DNA of 64,000 bases from Prochloraceae cyanobacterium (GCA_030065755.1 JASJDA010000019.1:233-64232); one strand, 5' to 3'. Positions 40,560-51,527 are shown, numbered from the stretch's first letter. Numbers and translations are program-made. Notes: generated from the letters alone by a model not told the origin.

Positions 40560-41141
40560 TTAATATAAGATCGTTGCTGTTAAACCCACATCCTTGAGAT
40601 TTTGTAGTATGTTTAGAGCATTTTCTAGATTACTAAAAACTCCAACTTGCAACACAGATTTTCCATTATCAACAGTAGTAAAAGCATCTGAGTAAAGCGA
40701 TCGCACTATAGCTTCTTGATTGGCATCTTCTACCGAAACTATCACTTGATAAAGGGTTCTGTCTTTTGGTTGAGAAAGAGGTTTTCTACGTCTAAAATTA
40801 GGGAAATTAGATTCTGGAATTGGTACGTCAGGAACCGGAAGTTTTTCAGGGTAAGGTGGGGTTGATGAGGTGACGGAAGTTTGAGTATTTTTACCTGGAC
40901 AAGAAACGAGGTAAAAAATACGATCGTCACTCGGATCGATTGTGGTCTTAATAGCTAGATCGGGCGATCGTCGAGTTGAATTTTTTTTATTGGGGATAAC
41001 TCCACCGATTCTAAGTTGTGCTGCTGCGATCGGATTGTTACCTAAAGCAATTATCGCAGCAGCAAGCACCAGACCTATATTAATGCTCGACGAAACAAGA
41101 ATCCTTATAGTAGATTTACAGTAGACCTCTAGATTTCCCAC
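40560..41141 (-). CDS. SPOR-like domain protein, membrane anchored
   Basis: N-terminal TM helix and a Pro-rich linker. The C-terminal ~70 aa (YQVIVSVEDANQ...LQVGVFSNLENALNILQNLKDVGL) resemble a SPOR domain. GTG start. Confidence 0.55.
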   Translation of the reverse strand: MGNLEVYCKSTIRILVSSSINIGLVLAAAIIALGNNPIAAAQLRIGGVIPNKKNSTRRSPDLAIKTTIDPSDDRIFYLVSCPGKNTQTSVTSSTPPYPEKLPVPDVPIPESNFPNFRRRKPLSQPKDRTLYQVIVSVEDANQEAIVRSLYSDAFTTVDNGKSVLQVGVFSNLENALNILQNLKDVGLTATILY

Positions 41142-41236
41142 GATTTTTTTCCTCGATCGCGCGCTATTGCCAATGAATGAGGATGAAAGGAATATGTCGT
41201 TCCTTCACTATGATACTCTTTGAGGGCTAACTGAGT

Positions 41237-41758
41237 TTATCTATAATTTTTCTCGATCGTCTTGACATAACTATTAATACTAATATAAAACAGCATATAC
41301 ACTACTACATCTAAAATATCTACAACAATATCTAATATTGAAATTGGCAAAAAAACTAAGAGCCACCGCAATACGAATAATATGGCATAGGCAACACCTA
41401 GTTTATAAGAATTATGATTTTTATTGACTATATTTCTTTTCTTCTCAGCTCGTTGCAAACCTATAACTAGAGAGGGAAAACTAATGAATGCCCAGTATAA
41501 ATTAAACAAGGGGACAAACAAAAAACCTACTGCTTTTCCTGGAGTAGTGGCGCGATATTTTTCAGGAATAGCTTGCCAACAACTATAGTGTAAAATAGAC
41601 CAAAAAACAATGTCTATTACCAAGATAGGCAAGGTAAATAAAAGAACTAATCCTGCTTTTTCATCTTCTCCAACTAGTGTGAGAATACTAAATAAGACAA
41701 TTATTGAAGAGCCGAGAAAATACAATACTAAAGCAGGAATCAAATAATTATTTCTCAC
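41237..41758 (-). CDS. Hypothetical polytopic membrane protein
   Basis: 173 aa with about 4 TM helices. Confidence 0.55.
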   Translation of the reverse strand: MRNNYLIPALVLYFLGSSIIVLFSILTLVGEDEKAGLVLLFTLPILVIDIVFWSILHYSCWQAIPEKYRATTPGKAVGFLFVPLFNLYWAFISFPSLVIGLQRAEKKRNIVNKNHNSYKLGVAYAILFVLRWLLVFLPISILDIVVDILDVVVYMLFYISINSYVKTIEKNYR

Positions 41759-41932
41759 GAGAAATTAGTTTTTAACAATAGAGAATTTAATCTCATCATA
41801 AAACTTAGATCGGCAATTGAAAAGAATAGCCTTTTAGGCGATTAACACCTCAACTCTCAAATAGACGATCGCAAGCGGCATCTTTATAATAAAATCGCCT
41901 TAGTTTAGCTTTAAATTTTTTAATCTTAAATA

Positions 41933-42667
41933 GTGAAACTATTTGTATATCACACCCCCGAATTAACCCCAACCGATCGCCTACCCGATTGTGCTGTTGT
42001 CATAGACGTATTGCGCGCCACAACTACCATTGCGACCGCTTTGAATGCTGGGGCTGAAGCAGTCCAAGCTTTCAGCGACATAGACAAACTAATCGCAGAA
42101 AGCGAAAAATTACCCCCCGAAAAACGAATTAGAGCTGGAGAAAGGGGCGGTGCTAAAGTGGATGGTTGCGATTTAGGAAATTCTCCCCTAGATTGTACGA
42201 AAGATGTAGTGCAAGGAAGGCGATTGTTTATTAGTACTACTAATGGAACTCGCGCTCTCCAGCGGGTGGAAAACTCACCAGTTGTGATTACCGCAGCTCA
42301 AGTAAATCGTCAAGCAGCCGTACAATATTTGCAACAAAAACAGCCAGAAACAGTTTGGTTAGTGGGATCGGGATGGCAAGGAGGTTATTCGCTAGAAGAT
42401 ACTGCTTGCGCTGGAGCGATCGCCAAATCGATTTTAGAAGAAAAAGGACAATCTAACCCAGAAGCGATCGGTAATGACGAAGTAATTGCGGCGATCGCCC
42501 TTTATTCTCAATGGGAAAATAATTTACTAGAAATGTTTTCCCAAGCAACTCACGGTCAACGCCTGTTGAGTTTAAATTGCGAGGAAGATTTAAAATATTG
42601 CGCTCAAACCGATACCTTAGATATTTTGCCAATTCAGACGCGACCAGGATTTCTAGTTAAAAACTAA
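41933..42667 (+). CDS. comB: 2-phosphosulfolactate phosphatase family protein (ComB-like)
   Basis: [20 protein letters not shown] and GERGG...GCDLGNSP motifs. GTG start. Confidence 0.85.
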   Translation: MKLFVYHTPELTPTDRLPDCAVVIDVLRATTTIATALNAGAEAVQAFSDIDKLIAESEKLPPEKRIRAGERGGAKVDGCDLGNSPLDCTKDVVQGRRLFISTTNGTRALQRVENSPVVITAAQVNRQAAVQYLQQKQPETVWLVGSGWQGGYSLEDTACAGAIAKSILEEKGQSNPEAIGNDEVIAAIALYSQWENNLLEMFSQATHGQRLLSLNCEEDLKYCAQTDTLDILPIQTRPGFLVKN

Positions 42668-43356
42668 GAAGCTTGGCGTAGTTTTTGCTGCTGTCGGTTG
42701 AAATGTTTTTGTTCTTCTGTTAACAAGGAGAAATTCTCAATGGGAGGACGCATATCCCATTGAGTTTCCGCAAATAGGAGTAAATGTACTGTCATTAATA
42801 ACCCTGTGGTGAGAAACTGCCACGAGCCGCAGTAGGGTAGTAAGATGATTCCGAATAAGTGGATAACACTAGGAATAATAAAGGCACGCGATCGCAACCC
42901 TACAGCAGTGCAAAGATATCCAATACCGCACAAACCCAACCAAATATGACACAAATTCATTAAAACCAGACCCCATCCCAGAAAAATCCCTAAATCTGTG
43001 ATGACAGTACCAGCCAGCATTAAAATTACCCAACTATATAACATCCAGCGCAGACGCTCTACACTTACCCAAAAGTAAGTCATTACAGTCATTAGTAGAG
43101 TCCCTACACCTGTCAACACAGACCAAAAAATTGCTTGGGTATTCCAATTAATAGGTGCAAACTGAGCTGTTATAAAGATTGCGGCGCATATTAACCCCCA
43201 AAGCACGAACACTTGATCTATACGCGTGTAAAATCCTGAAAATAGGGTCTTATCCCTGATTTTTAAATTAACTTGTAGTAATCCTTCAAGATCTTGATAA
43301 TCGAGGTATTCTTGTTTGCGGCAGAGTATGGGACGTGTAAAATTAAAAAAACTCAT
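42664..43356 (-). CDS. Hypothetical polytopic membrane protein
   Basis: 230 aa with about 6 TM helices. Its 3' end overlaps the convergent comB-like gene by 4 nt. Confidence 0.55.
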   Translation of the reverse strand: MSFFNFTRPILCRKQEYLDYQDLEGLLQVNLKIRDKTLFSGFYTRIDQVFVLWGLICAAIFITAQFAPINWNTQAIFWSVLTGVGTLLMTVMTYFWVSVERLRWMLYSWVILMLAGTVITDLGIFLGWGLVLMNLCHIWLGLCGIGYLCTAVGLRSRAFIIPSVIHLFGIILLPYCGSWQFLTTGLLMTVHLLLFAETQWDMRPPIENFSLLTEEQKHFNRQQQKLRQAS

Positions 43357-43500
43357 TCAACGAGATTGTTACTTATTGTTACATAATTTTATTAAAGCTT
43401 ACATAAGTATAACTGTGTCAATCAATCTCGCAGTTAAAATCGATACAAAAGATTTTTAATTCGCTTACCACACCTTTGCAGGATAGGGAAAAAAGAGAAT

Positions 43501-44673
43501 ATGAAGATTCTTGTTGCCAGCCACACTTATATTGTCGATCTCAACTGCGAGAAGCTGAAATGGCTGACTAAGTTAGATCCTGAAATTGAAGTAACGGTAG
43601 TAGTACCGAAGCGTTGGCGACCAGGTGGAGTTCAGAATAAAATTATCGAGACAAAAGAGCGTACTGAAGGGAATTTTCGCGTAGTCCCAGTCTCTAACTT
43701 CTCCCAGAACAATCAAGGACTTCTATGCTTCGGTGCCGATATTATCGATCTACTCAGAGACTTTAAGCCCCAAATTATCCAAGTAGAACAAGGCTCTAAA
43801 TCTTTAGGTTACGCTCAGCTAATTACTCTCAATCGACTACTGAGACTAAAAGCCAAAAATGTCTTCTTTACTTGGTGGAATTTACCCTACGAAAATAAAT
43901 TTCCTATTTCTCTGCTAGAGTCTTATAATCTTCGTCATACCGACGGACTCATTGCTGGCAATACGGACGGAGCAGAAATACTTAAAGAAAAGGGGTATAG
44001 GGGGCAAGTAAAAGTTATGCCCCAGTTAGGAGTAGATGAAAATCTTTTTTCCCCTCGTCCTCAAACCGAACTAGCTTCCCAATTAGGAATTAGTCCCTCA
44101 GAATTTGTCGTTGGATTTGTGGGGAGATTTGTAGAAGAAAAAGGCATATTAACTCTCATTCAATCCCTTGCAGGTTTAACTGAGTTATCTTGGAAGTTAC
44201 TTTTATTGGGGCGAGGCCCTCTTAAAGAAAAAGTTAGCGAACTAAGTGCCGAATTAGGCATTAAAGACCGACTGGTCTTAGTAGAAAGCGTTCCACACGA
44301 TCGAGTTCCTCTTTACATTAACTTGATGAACGCCTTGGTGCTACCGTCGGAAACTACCTATAAGTTTAAAACTTTGACTTCTGTTGGGTGGAAAGAACAG
44401 TTCGGTCACGTCTTGATTGAGGCGATGGCTTGTAGAATACCCGTAGTCGGTTCTGATTCTGGGGAAATTCCCTACGTGATTGGCGATACTGGTCTAGTTT
44501 TTCCAGAAGGGGATATAGAAGCTTTACGCGATCGCTTGCGGCAATTGATGGAGAATTCAGAATTGGCAGATAAGTTAGCCCACAAGGGTTACGAAAGGTC
44601 AATGCAACAATATACCAATCAGGCATTAGCCAGGCAACAACTAGATTTTTATAAAAAATTGTTTGCAAGTTAA
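43501..44673 (+). CDS. Glycosyltransferase family 4 (GT-B fold)
   Basis: GRFVEEKG, then the E-x7-E region FGHVLIEAMACRIPVVGSDSGEIP. Confidence 0.85.
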   Translation: MKILVASHTYIVDLNCEKLKWLTKLDPEIEVTVVVPKRWRPGGVQNKIIETKERTEGNFRVVPVSNFSQNNQGLLCFGADIIDLLRDFKPQIIQVEQGSKSLGYAQLITLNRLLRLKAKNVFFTWWNLPYENKFPISLLESYNLRHTDGLIAGNTDGAEILKEKGYRGQVKVMPQLGVDENLFSPRPQTELASQLGISPSEFVVGFVGRFVEEKGILTLIQSLAGLTELSWKLLLLGRGPLKEKVSELSAELGIKDRLVLVESVPHDRVPLYINLMNALVLPSETTYKFKTLTSVGWKEQFGHVLIEAMACRIPVVGSDSGEIPYVIGDTGLVFPEGDIEALRDRLRQLMENSELADKLAHKGYERSMQQYTNQALARQQLDFYKKLFAS

Positions 44674-45059
44674 AAGCAAAAATAAATAATTTATTAAGTA
44701 ATTATAAAGCTGAAGTAACAATAGTTTAAGTTAAGTTAAAGTAAGTGAAGAAAAAAATAAAAATGAGATAAATAAAAGTTAAGAACGTGTGATGTTGGTA
44801 GTTTATCAAAACTTTGAGGTGCGATAAACCAAGTTTATAGCTATACTCACTTAGCTAATTATTTTCTGTAACAAAACAACTATTTAGTAGAATTACGGTT
44901 GTTTATAAGAAATTAAAAATTTAATATCTCATTTATAAGGTAATTCCTAGCTGGGACTCACTTGATGGAGGAAATCGCAGTACTAGAGATATTATCCTCG
45001 TTACTTACTGCTTGCAGCAGCGCTCGCGATCCCGCCAAAATAGCAAAATAGAAGAAAAA

Positions 45060-45320
45060 ATGACTAAGGAGGAAAAGGTGTACGCAAACTCTCAAAAAAC
45101 AAAAGAAAATAGCGAATCAATAGAAGTATCTCTCAAGAAACTATCTAGCAATATCTATGAAAAATTTTTAAGTTCTCACCCAGAATTTAAGAATTTATCA
45201 ACCCAGACTGAAGAACAAATACTACAAAAAACTCTAATGGGATCTATTCAAGATGTTTTAGAGAACTTTGAAGAGTATTTAGAGTCATATTGTACTGAGA
45301 GACTAAAAAATTCGCGTTGA
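45060..45320 (+). CDS. Hypothetical small protein
   Basis: 86-aa ORF from the ATG at 45060. Charged and helical. No recognisable domain. Confidence 0.4.
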   Translation: MTKEEKVYANSQKTKENSESIEVSLKKLSSNIYEKFLSSHPEFKNLSTQTEEQILQKTLMGSIQDVLENFEEYLESYCTERLKNSR

Positions 45321-45496
45321 AAGTAACAAAATACTCCCCGTGACGATCGAGATTTGTCATCTTCATATTTGCCTTAGTCTCAGCCGCAACAAATCTTACT
45401 GTTCAGCGTCACTTAGGATTAACTCCCAAGTAAAGAGGTAAAATATTCTCAAGTAACGAGGAGTTAATGGCTGGAATATTTAATTAGAGTGGAATA

Positions 45497-46678
45497 ATGC
45501 GAGTTCTACAAATAGTTCCTTCGATCTCCTTAGTCTACGGTGGCCCCAGTCAAATGGTCTTAGGATTATCTGCCGCCCTAGCATCACAAGGAATTGACGT
45601 GACCCTTTTGACTACCGATTCTAATGGAGATGCAGGTCAACCCCCCTTAGACGTGCCTTTGGAACAACCAGTAGAGCGGGACGGATATCAGATTTTGTAC
45701 TTCCGTTGTTCTCCTTTCCGTCGTTACAAATTTTCTCTCGGTTTATTGCGGTGGTTAAATGCTCGTGCTTCTAATTACGACATAGCACACATTCACGCCT
45801 TATTTTCTCCCGTCAGCAGTGCTGCTGCAACTATAGCAAGATATCAAAATTTACCCTACATACTCCGTCCTCTCGGTACTTTAGATCCAGCCGATTTACA
45901 AAAAAAACGACAGCTAAAGCGAATTTACGGACTATTGTGGGAAAGACCTAATTTAGCAGGTGCTGCTGCGGTTCATTTTACTAGTTCGATCGAACGCGAT
46001 ATTTCTGAAAGATTTGGAGCTAAAACAAACGATTTGGTGATTCCTTTGGGAGTACAATTCGATAGTTGTTTGCCAGAACCAGGTCAGACCCGCGATCGAC
46101 TGGGAATTGCACCCGATCGGCCTTTAATTCTATTTATGTCTCGCATCGATCCCAAGAAAGGTTTAGACCTGCTGATTCCTGCCTTAGAAAGACTTTTAGA
46201 AGAGGGAATTGATTTTCATTTTGTTCTAGCTGGTGCTAATCCTCAAGATCCAAACTACGAAAATCAGATTCAGCAGCAGGTTGAGAAATCTAAGTTAGGC
46301 GATCGCACCGCGATTACGGGTTTTGTTGAAGGGGATTTAAAACTAGGATTGCTCCAGGATGCAGACTTATTTGTATTGCCTTCCTACTACGAGAATTTTG
46401 GCATTGCTGTAGCCGAGGCGATGTTTGCTGGAACTCCAGTAGTTATTTCCGATCGCGTTCATATTTGGCAAGAAGTACAGCTTGCTGAAGCTGGATGGGT
46501 AAGCAATTGCAGCGTCGATAATTTAATCTCGACAATCAAATTAGCCCTGCAAGATCCCAAACAATTGCAGCATCGCGGACTAAATGCTCGTCAATTAGCT
46601 ACAGATAAATATAGTTGGAGCGCGATCGCCAAAGAAGCGATCGATGTTTATCGTCAATTAATAGAAATAGAAAAATAA
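45497..46678 (+). CDS. Glycosyltransferase family 4 (GT-B fold)
   Basis: MRVLQIVPSISLVYGGPS N-terminus, SRIDPKKG, and FGIAVAEAMFAGTPVVISD. Confidence 0.85.
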   Translation: MRVLQIVPSISLVYGGPSQMVLGLSAALASQGIDVTLLTTDSNGDAGQPPLDVPLEQPVERDGYQILYFRCSPFRRYKFSLGLLRWLNARASNYDIAHIHALFSPVSSAAATIARYQNLPYILRPLGTLDPADLQKKRQLKRIYGLLWERPNLAGAAAVHFTSSIERDISERFGAKTNDLVIPLGVQFDSCLPEPGQTRDRLGIAPDRPLILFMSRIDPKKGLDLLIPALERLLEEGIDFHFVLAGANPQDPNYENQIQQQVEKSKLGDRTAITGFVEGDLKLGLLQDADLFVLPSYYENFGIAVAEAMFAGTPVVISDRVHIWQEVQLAEAGWVSNCSVDNLISTIKLALQDPKQLQHRGLNARQLATDKYSWSAIAKEAIDVYRQLIEIEK

Positions 46679-46851
46679 ATTTCTCAAAAGGCTTGCAATT
46701 TTTGTTTAATTATGATTATAATGACCTGATTATTTAAAAAAAAAGATTGAGAGTTATTACAAAAAATAATAAACTTTATATTTTTTATAAAAAAAATTGC
46801 TTCCTCAAATAAGATGACATAAGATTCAAAAGTAGTTTGCACAATAGATGT

Positions 46852-47172
46852 ATGTATCTAATCGTCTCAGAGGAAGGAGAGCTGAAAAAAGTTTTTGTGC
46901 GGAAAAGATCTAAAATTTGTTTTAAAAATAAACTTTTAACAAGAGGGCCCTCGTTTTCTAAAAAATTAAAACAAGCAGCGATAAATTTTTGCGAAAAATA
47001 TTTTGACCCAAAACTATTTTTTTTAATAGTAGAAAATAATTTCTACTTTACAGTCTGGATAGATAAGTCGGAAATAGCCGCTCGGGTAGATAAATATCAA
47101 AAGATATTGGCAACTAAAGGTGGAGAGGATTTGGAAAATAGCCTCAAGTGGGAATTGAAGAAGCTGGAGTAA
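46852..47172 (+). CDS. Hypothetical small protein
   Basis: ORF from the ATG at 46852 (the track uses the TTG at 46837). No recognisable domain. Confidence 0.4.
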   Translation: MYLIVSEEGELKKVFVRKRSKICFKNKLLTRGPSFSKKLKQAAINFCEKYFDPKLFFLIVENNFYFTVWIDKSEIAARVDKYQKILATKGGEDLENSLKWELKKLE

Positions 47173-47367
47173 GGCAACGACAGACAATTATAATTCAAAG
47201 AACAAATTGTTAGCTTAAAGCTTCGATGTCCCCACATTATAATATAAGTGAAACAACATATTCATTATTGTGCGACGGCGGTTAAAGCTGATGCCTCATC
47301 AACTCGTGTGAGTTGACGGCAGTTTCATGAGACAAACTCAGTAAATTTAAGTAAGCAAGATCTTTGT

Positions 47368-47931
47368 ATGACTTCTGTAGTCGGTGTAGAAAAACAAAAA
47401 TTAGAAAAGCCACCTTTACAAATTCATTATTTAGGCGATCGGGCCTTGCGTCAGGGAGCCAAACGCATTGCTAAAGTAGATGAAGATGTTCGGCAGCTAG
47501 TAAAGAAAATGCTTCAAACTATGTATAGCGCCGACGGCATTGGTCTAGCAGCTCCCCAAGTAGCAGTTAATAAACAATTAATTGTTATTGACTGCGAACC
47601 AGACAATGCTGCCAATACCCCATTAGTATTAATCAACCCAAAAATTATTCGCCAAAGCCGAGAATTGTGCAACGCTGAAGAAGGCTGTTTGAGCATCCCT
47701 GGAGTTTACCAGGACGTAACTCGTCCACAAGCTATTGAAGTAACATTTAAAGACGAGCGGGGTCGTCCGATTAAGTTAAAAGCTTCGGGGCTACTAGCCA
47801 GAGTAATACAACATGAAATGGATCACCTCGCTGGCATTCTTTTTGTAGATAGAGTTAAAAATAGTCTGGCTTTAACCGAAGAACTAAAAAAACAAGGTTT
47901 TTCCCTGCAAGCAGTTAAGCCAATTGCATAG
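47368..47931 (+). CDS. def: Peptide deformylase
   Basis: Motifs GIGLAAPQV, EGCLSIPG and QHEMDHL. Confidence 0.95.
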   Translation: MTSVVGVEKQKLEKPPLQIHYLGDRALRQGAKRIAKVDEDVRQLVKKMLQTMYSADGIGLAAPQVAVNKQLIVIDCEPDNAANTPLVLINPKIIRQSRELCNAEEGCLSIPGVYQDVTRPQAIEVTFKDERGRPIKLKASGLLARVIQHEMDHLAGILFVDRVKNSLALTEELKKQGFSLQAVKPIA

Positions 47932-47981
47932 AGTAAATTTTTTCTATTGACTCAATGGGAAAAGAATTAGTTTGGTTTGAA

Positions 47982-48007
47982 ATTAGCCCTCGAAACCGAG
48001 GGCTAAT
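47982..48007. terminator. Stem-loop after def (possible terminator)
   Basis: attagccctcg aaac cgagggctaat is a perfect 11-bp stem. The flanking T-tracts are weak. Confidence 0.45.
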
Positions 48008-48061
48008 TAACAGTTGTTAAAATACTAACTAAGGTAATTATACATAGAGGAGTAAAAACAA

Positions 48062-48262
48062 GTGCTAACACCAAAAAGTGGTGTATTTTTAATGGGTTCC
48101 TGTATTGCAGCGATCGCCGCTGTAGGTTCTGTATTTGAGCTGTCTTCGGGAACCCCAGAATTAGGAAATTTAACCACAGGAGCTATTTTAGCAGCCAGCA
48201 TTCCCTTAACAATATTGTTTTTTGTGGTTGCAGTAGCCGACGCCAGAGCTAATATAAAATAA
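48062..48262 (+). CDS. Possible small two-TM membrane protein
   Basis: GTG start with agaggag 9 nt upstream, and two hydrophobic helices. It competes with an overlapping antisense ORF that looks non-coding. Confidence 0.4.
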   Translation: MLTPKSGVFLMGSCIAAIAAVGSVFELSSGTPELGNLTTGAILAASIPLTILFFVVAVADARANIK

Positions 48263-48272
48263 CAATTACTCA

Positions 48273-48884
48273 TCAGAAGCTGTTTGTAGTTGCAACGATC
48301 GCGTATTGAGCGATCGTCATGATATAGGCGACTCGTTCCCTCGCAGAAAGTTCTTGCCATTGTTTTAGTTGAATCAATTTAATTGCAAATTCACTAAATC
48401 GATCGACTCCCTCCTGCCCTGTAGCAACTATTGAACTAGCAAATAGTCTCAAATCTTCTTCTGTCCAACCCGACACTAGTGGTTTGACGCATTCAACTAA
48501 TTGTGGTGTTGGACGGAGATTGACCGAACGAATTTCCACTGCTCTTTTGGCGATCGTCTCCAAGTACATATCGGGTACGAAACCGCCAAAATGCTCTGAT
48601 AAAGATTTTTGTACGCGATAAATATCTTCCCTTTCCCAGCATTGGGAAAGGGAAGCAAATAAGCTTTCTGCTCCTGCTGCAATTTCAGAGGAGTCTAAAA
48701 AATCTGTCAGGCGAAAATCTGGTTCGATATCGTTATCTATAGGATCGGATTCAATTGCTTCTAAATTTGGATCTATTGGAGCGATATGCTCCTGCAGCCA
48801 AAGGATCTCCTGTAATTCCCGTTCTATTATTTGAGAATTTTCTCCCTTGACTGCTCGAGGATCCATAGGACTATTCCTATGCAT
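48273..48884 (-). CDS. Hypothetical protein
   Basis: 203-aa acidic ORF directly downstream of, and co-oriented with, the PP2C gene. Confidence 0.55.
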   Translation of the reverse strand: MHRNSPMDPRAVKGENSQIIERELQEILWLQEHIAPIDPNLEAIESDPIDNDIEPDFRLTDFLDSSEIAAGAESLFASLSQCWEREDIYRVQKSLSEHFGGFVPDMYLETIAKRAVEIRSVNLRPTPQLVECVKPLVSGWTEEDLRLFASSIVATGQEGVDRFSEFAIKLIQLKQWQELSARERVAYIMTIAQYAIVATTNSF

Positions 48885-48952
48885 TTTTCAACATCAACTT
48901 GGTAAGGGTTATATCGATAGCTACAATAGCTGACTTTCAATTTACGCATTCA

Positions 48953-51394
48953 TTAATTTTTTTGCTTGGGTAGAGATTTTGGCGGCTCGCTAACGATCGA
49001 GGAAGGACAATTATCCCTTAAATGATTAGAGACAGAGGCGATTTTAGTCTGGTGGACATCGATTAGCTTTGTTAGTTCCTCCGCTTTGATCCAGAGTTTC
49101 TTTTTGTGTTGGAGTAATTTTTCTTGTGCTTCTGAATCTACGAAATCGCGATAATTATCGGGGAGATAGCAAATTTCTACTGACAGCCAATCGCGGCTAG
49201 ACTGTTCTGGTAGGATTTGTATAACGCTTTCTGCGGGAATTACGACAAAATCTCGATCGGGTTGAGAAACTTCCTCAGATGAAGTCGACCACAAATCGAG
49301 CTTTTGTCGTACCTGTTTGATGCGGATTTGTTTTCGATCGGTATTTGTGTTTACCTCTGGAGACTGGTTGGGAAGGGTAACGTCGTCGTATTTGCTTATT
49401 GCTTCTGGAGACTGGTTGGGAAAGGTAACGTCGTCGCTTTCGCTTATTACCTCTGGAGATTGGTTGGGAAAGCTAAGGTCTTCATTTTTGCTAACCTCTG
49501 GAGACCCGTCGGAAGGAGATATGCTCTCAGAATTGGAGCTAATAGAAGTTTGCCAATCTTCGAGCGTTTTCCGGATCTTCTTAACCTTTTGTCCAGGGTT
49601 GTCGTATAAAAATAAGCCCAATCCTACAGCCAAAGACGCAGTCAAGACTATAAATATCCATAACTTCAAGGATAATTTAAAAGGCTGTTTCTCTTTTTTT
49701 CCAGGCTCCTCAACACTCTCAGTATCTGAAATCTCGATATCTGACATATCTATAAGTGGAGGCAGGGAAGATTTAATGTTAGAGAAAGAAACTGACGTAT
49801 TCTCAGCGTCTTTATTTGGCTTTACCTTACAGTGGACTAGAGCTACCGTAACGTTATCGTGGCCATTTTGCCGATTAGCAATTTCTAGCAATCGTTTGGT
49901 TGCTGTAGCTACATTTTTTTCCCCTTCAATTACTGGCAAAATTTCTTTTTGCCAGTATTGATCTATGCGATCGAAATCGCTCAGACCGTCGGAACAAAGT
50001 AAGAAAATGCTATCTTCGTCTAAGATCGATCGGTCTATCGTAGGACGTAAATTAACAGAAGACTCCATGCCTAAGGCTTGAACCAAAGCGCCTCCATTGG
50101 GATATTGTATTGCATCCCGATAAAGAGCGTATCCTAGCTGTACCTCTCTCGAAGCCAAATCGTCATCTATAGTAACTTGGTGACAACCTGTAGCAGTTAT
50201 CCAGTAAATGCGAGAATCCCCTACGTGAGTGAGATACATTTGATGATCTCTTGCTAGGGTCATCACTATAGTTGTTCCCATGCGCTGGCGTTCTTGACGT
50301 TTTTCGCTGTCGTTGCGAGCGCTAATTGCATCGTTAGCCGCACAGGTAAACTTGTTTAATTGGGAGATTATTGTACTTGGGTTAACTCGATCTTTATCGA
50401 AATTTTGTTGCTCGATATTTTCTAGTATTGAATATATAGCTAATTCAGAAGCAATTTCGCCGTCGGCGTTTCCTCCAATCCCGTCACATACGATTGCCAA
50501 ATTTTTATCGTCAGAATTACTCTTAACTAATTCTCCAGTGTTGGGATAGCAAGCATCTTCATTATGCTTGCGAGTTGGCCCTGAGTCAGTAAGAGTATAA
50601 AATTCGTATTTGCGAGAAAAATTTTTTCCGCAGCGAGACATTGCTTCGTCTAGAATCGCAATTACTTTTTCTGGGCGAGTAATTTTTTCTGTTTCTAGTT
50701 CTTGACAAAGTTGTTTTAAAAAATCACTAATGCTGTGAGAAGCATTTACTGCTAAATCCGACCAAACCTCAGCTAATTGTTTTAAATCGAAAGAATTTAA
50801 TCCGTCGAGATGCAATTGTTGTAACTGAAATATAGGGCCGTTAACTCTCAATAGTTCTGGTTTCAGCAAGCTCGAAACTGCCCCTTTATCAAACAGGGGG
50901 TTCCAAATTCTAGCTATTTGCCACAACCAGTTTAGCTGTCGCAACGCACTTGCTTCTTGCCAAACGTCGCTTAATTTTGGCAATAACTCTTCTGAATATT
51001 TTGGTTCTCCCGATCGATCAGTAGGTACAGTTCCATATTCTAAGAACCATATTTCCTTAGATTGCTCCTCGCTTGCAGGAATGTAACTGTAAATTTGAGG
51101 TATGTTGAGTCGGTTGTTAAACAACTTGAGATAAGGAAGAATGTTCCTGGGAATTTCATCCGGTATTTCTGGCGGCTGCGCTGGTTGAGTATCTAGAACA
51201 ACTCGCTCTTGTTTTAGCAAATAGCGATCGTTTATTAACTCTCCAATCTCATAGGTATATATCCCATCTCCCAGCGCCCACAGATAGCGCTTTACTATAG
51301 GCGTGCGGCATTTATGACACAGCTTACTTTTAAAAGAGTTTTCTGCCTGACAGTTAGGATTTGAGCATCGAATTTTTGCCGCATTATTTTGCAT
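48953..51394 (-). CDS. PP2C-family Ser/Thr phosphatase with N-terminal zinc ribbon, central TM helix and repeat-containing C-terminal region
   Basis: CSNPNCQAEN...CHKC zinc ribbon. PP2C motifs NEDACY, VCDGIGGNADGEIAS, LLCSDGLSD and GHDNVTVALV. TM helix LKLWIFIVLTASLAVGLGLFLY. Confidence 0.85.
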   Translation of the reverse strand: MQNNAAKIRCSNPNCQAENSFKSKLCHKCRTPIVKRYLWALGDGIYTYEIGELINDRYLLKQERVVLDTQPAQPPEIPDEIPRNILPYLKLFNNRLNIPQIYSYIPASEEQSKEIWFLEYGTVPTDRSGEPKYSEELLPKLSDVWQEASALRQLNWLWQIARIWNPLFDKGAVSSLLKPELLRVNGPIFQLQQLHLDGLNSFDLKQLAEVWSDLAVNASHSISDFLKQLCQELETEKITRPEKVIAILDEAMSRCGKNFSRKYEFYTLTDSGPTRKHNEDACYPNTGELVKSNSDDKNLAIVCDGIGGNADGEIASELAIYSILENIEQQNFDKDRVNPSTIISQLNKFTCAANDAISARNDSEKRQERQRMGTTIVMTLARDHQMYLTHVGDSRIYWITATGCHQVTIDDDLASREVQLGYALYRDAIQYPNGGALVQALGMESSVNLRPTIDRSILDEDSIFLLCSDGLSDFDRIDQYWQKEILPVIEGEKNVATATKRLLEIANRQNGHDNVTVALVHCKVKPNKDAENTSVSFSNIKSSLPPLIDMSDIEISDTESVEEPGKKEKQPFKLSLKLWIFIVLTASLAVGLGLFLYDNPGQKVKKIRKTLEDWQTSISSNSESISPSDGSPEVSKNEDLSFPNQSPEVISESDDVTFPNQSPEAISKYDDVTLPNQSPEVNTNTDRKQIRIKQVRQKLDLWSTSSEEVSQPDRDFVVIPAESVIQILPEQSSRDWLSVEICYLPDNYRDFVDSEAQEKLLQHKKKLWIKAEELTKLIDVHQTKIASVSNHLRDNCPSSIVSEPPKSLPKQKN
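49354..49497. repeat. 48-nt tandem repeat x3 inside the PP2C gene
   Basis: Units start at 49354, 49402 and 49450 (a fourth, partial unit at 49495). They encode (F/L)PNQSPE(V/A)IS(E/K)xDDVT. Confidence 0.85.
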
Positions 51395-51453
51395 ATAACT
51401 TAATTTGCTCTATCGGGCGATCTTACGATTTAGTGCTGGGATTACCAGGGTAG

Positions 51454-51483
51454 GGTATTCAGAAATTTAACTTATCTGAATAC
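51454..51483 (-). terminator. Stem-loop downstream of the ndhM operon
   Basis: ggtattcaga / tctgaatacc form a perfect 10-bp stem with a 10-nt loop. There is no clear U-tract. Confidence 0.35.
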
Positions 51484-51527
51484 CTTACAACCGAACATTT
51501 CAAAAATTGTAGCGTCTGATTTTCAAC

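Noticed and set aside
48025-48360. 111-aa minus-strand ORF
   Set aside because: It overlaps the 3' end of the 48273-48884 CDS in another frame and is antisense to a more plausible small membrane ORF.
49304-49961. Two overlapping plus-strand ORFs (101 and 214 aa) with internal repeats
   Set aside because: They are antisense to the PP2C gene. Their apparent repeats simply mirror the 48-nt tandem repeat of the real gene.
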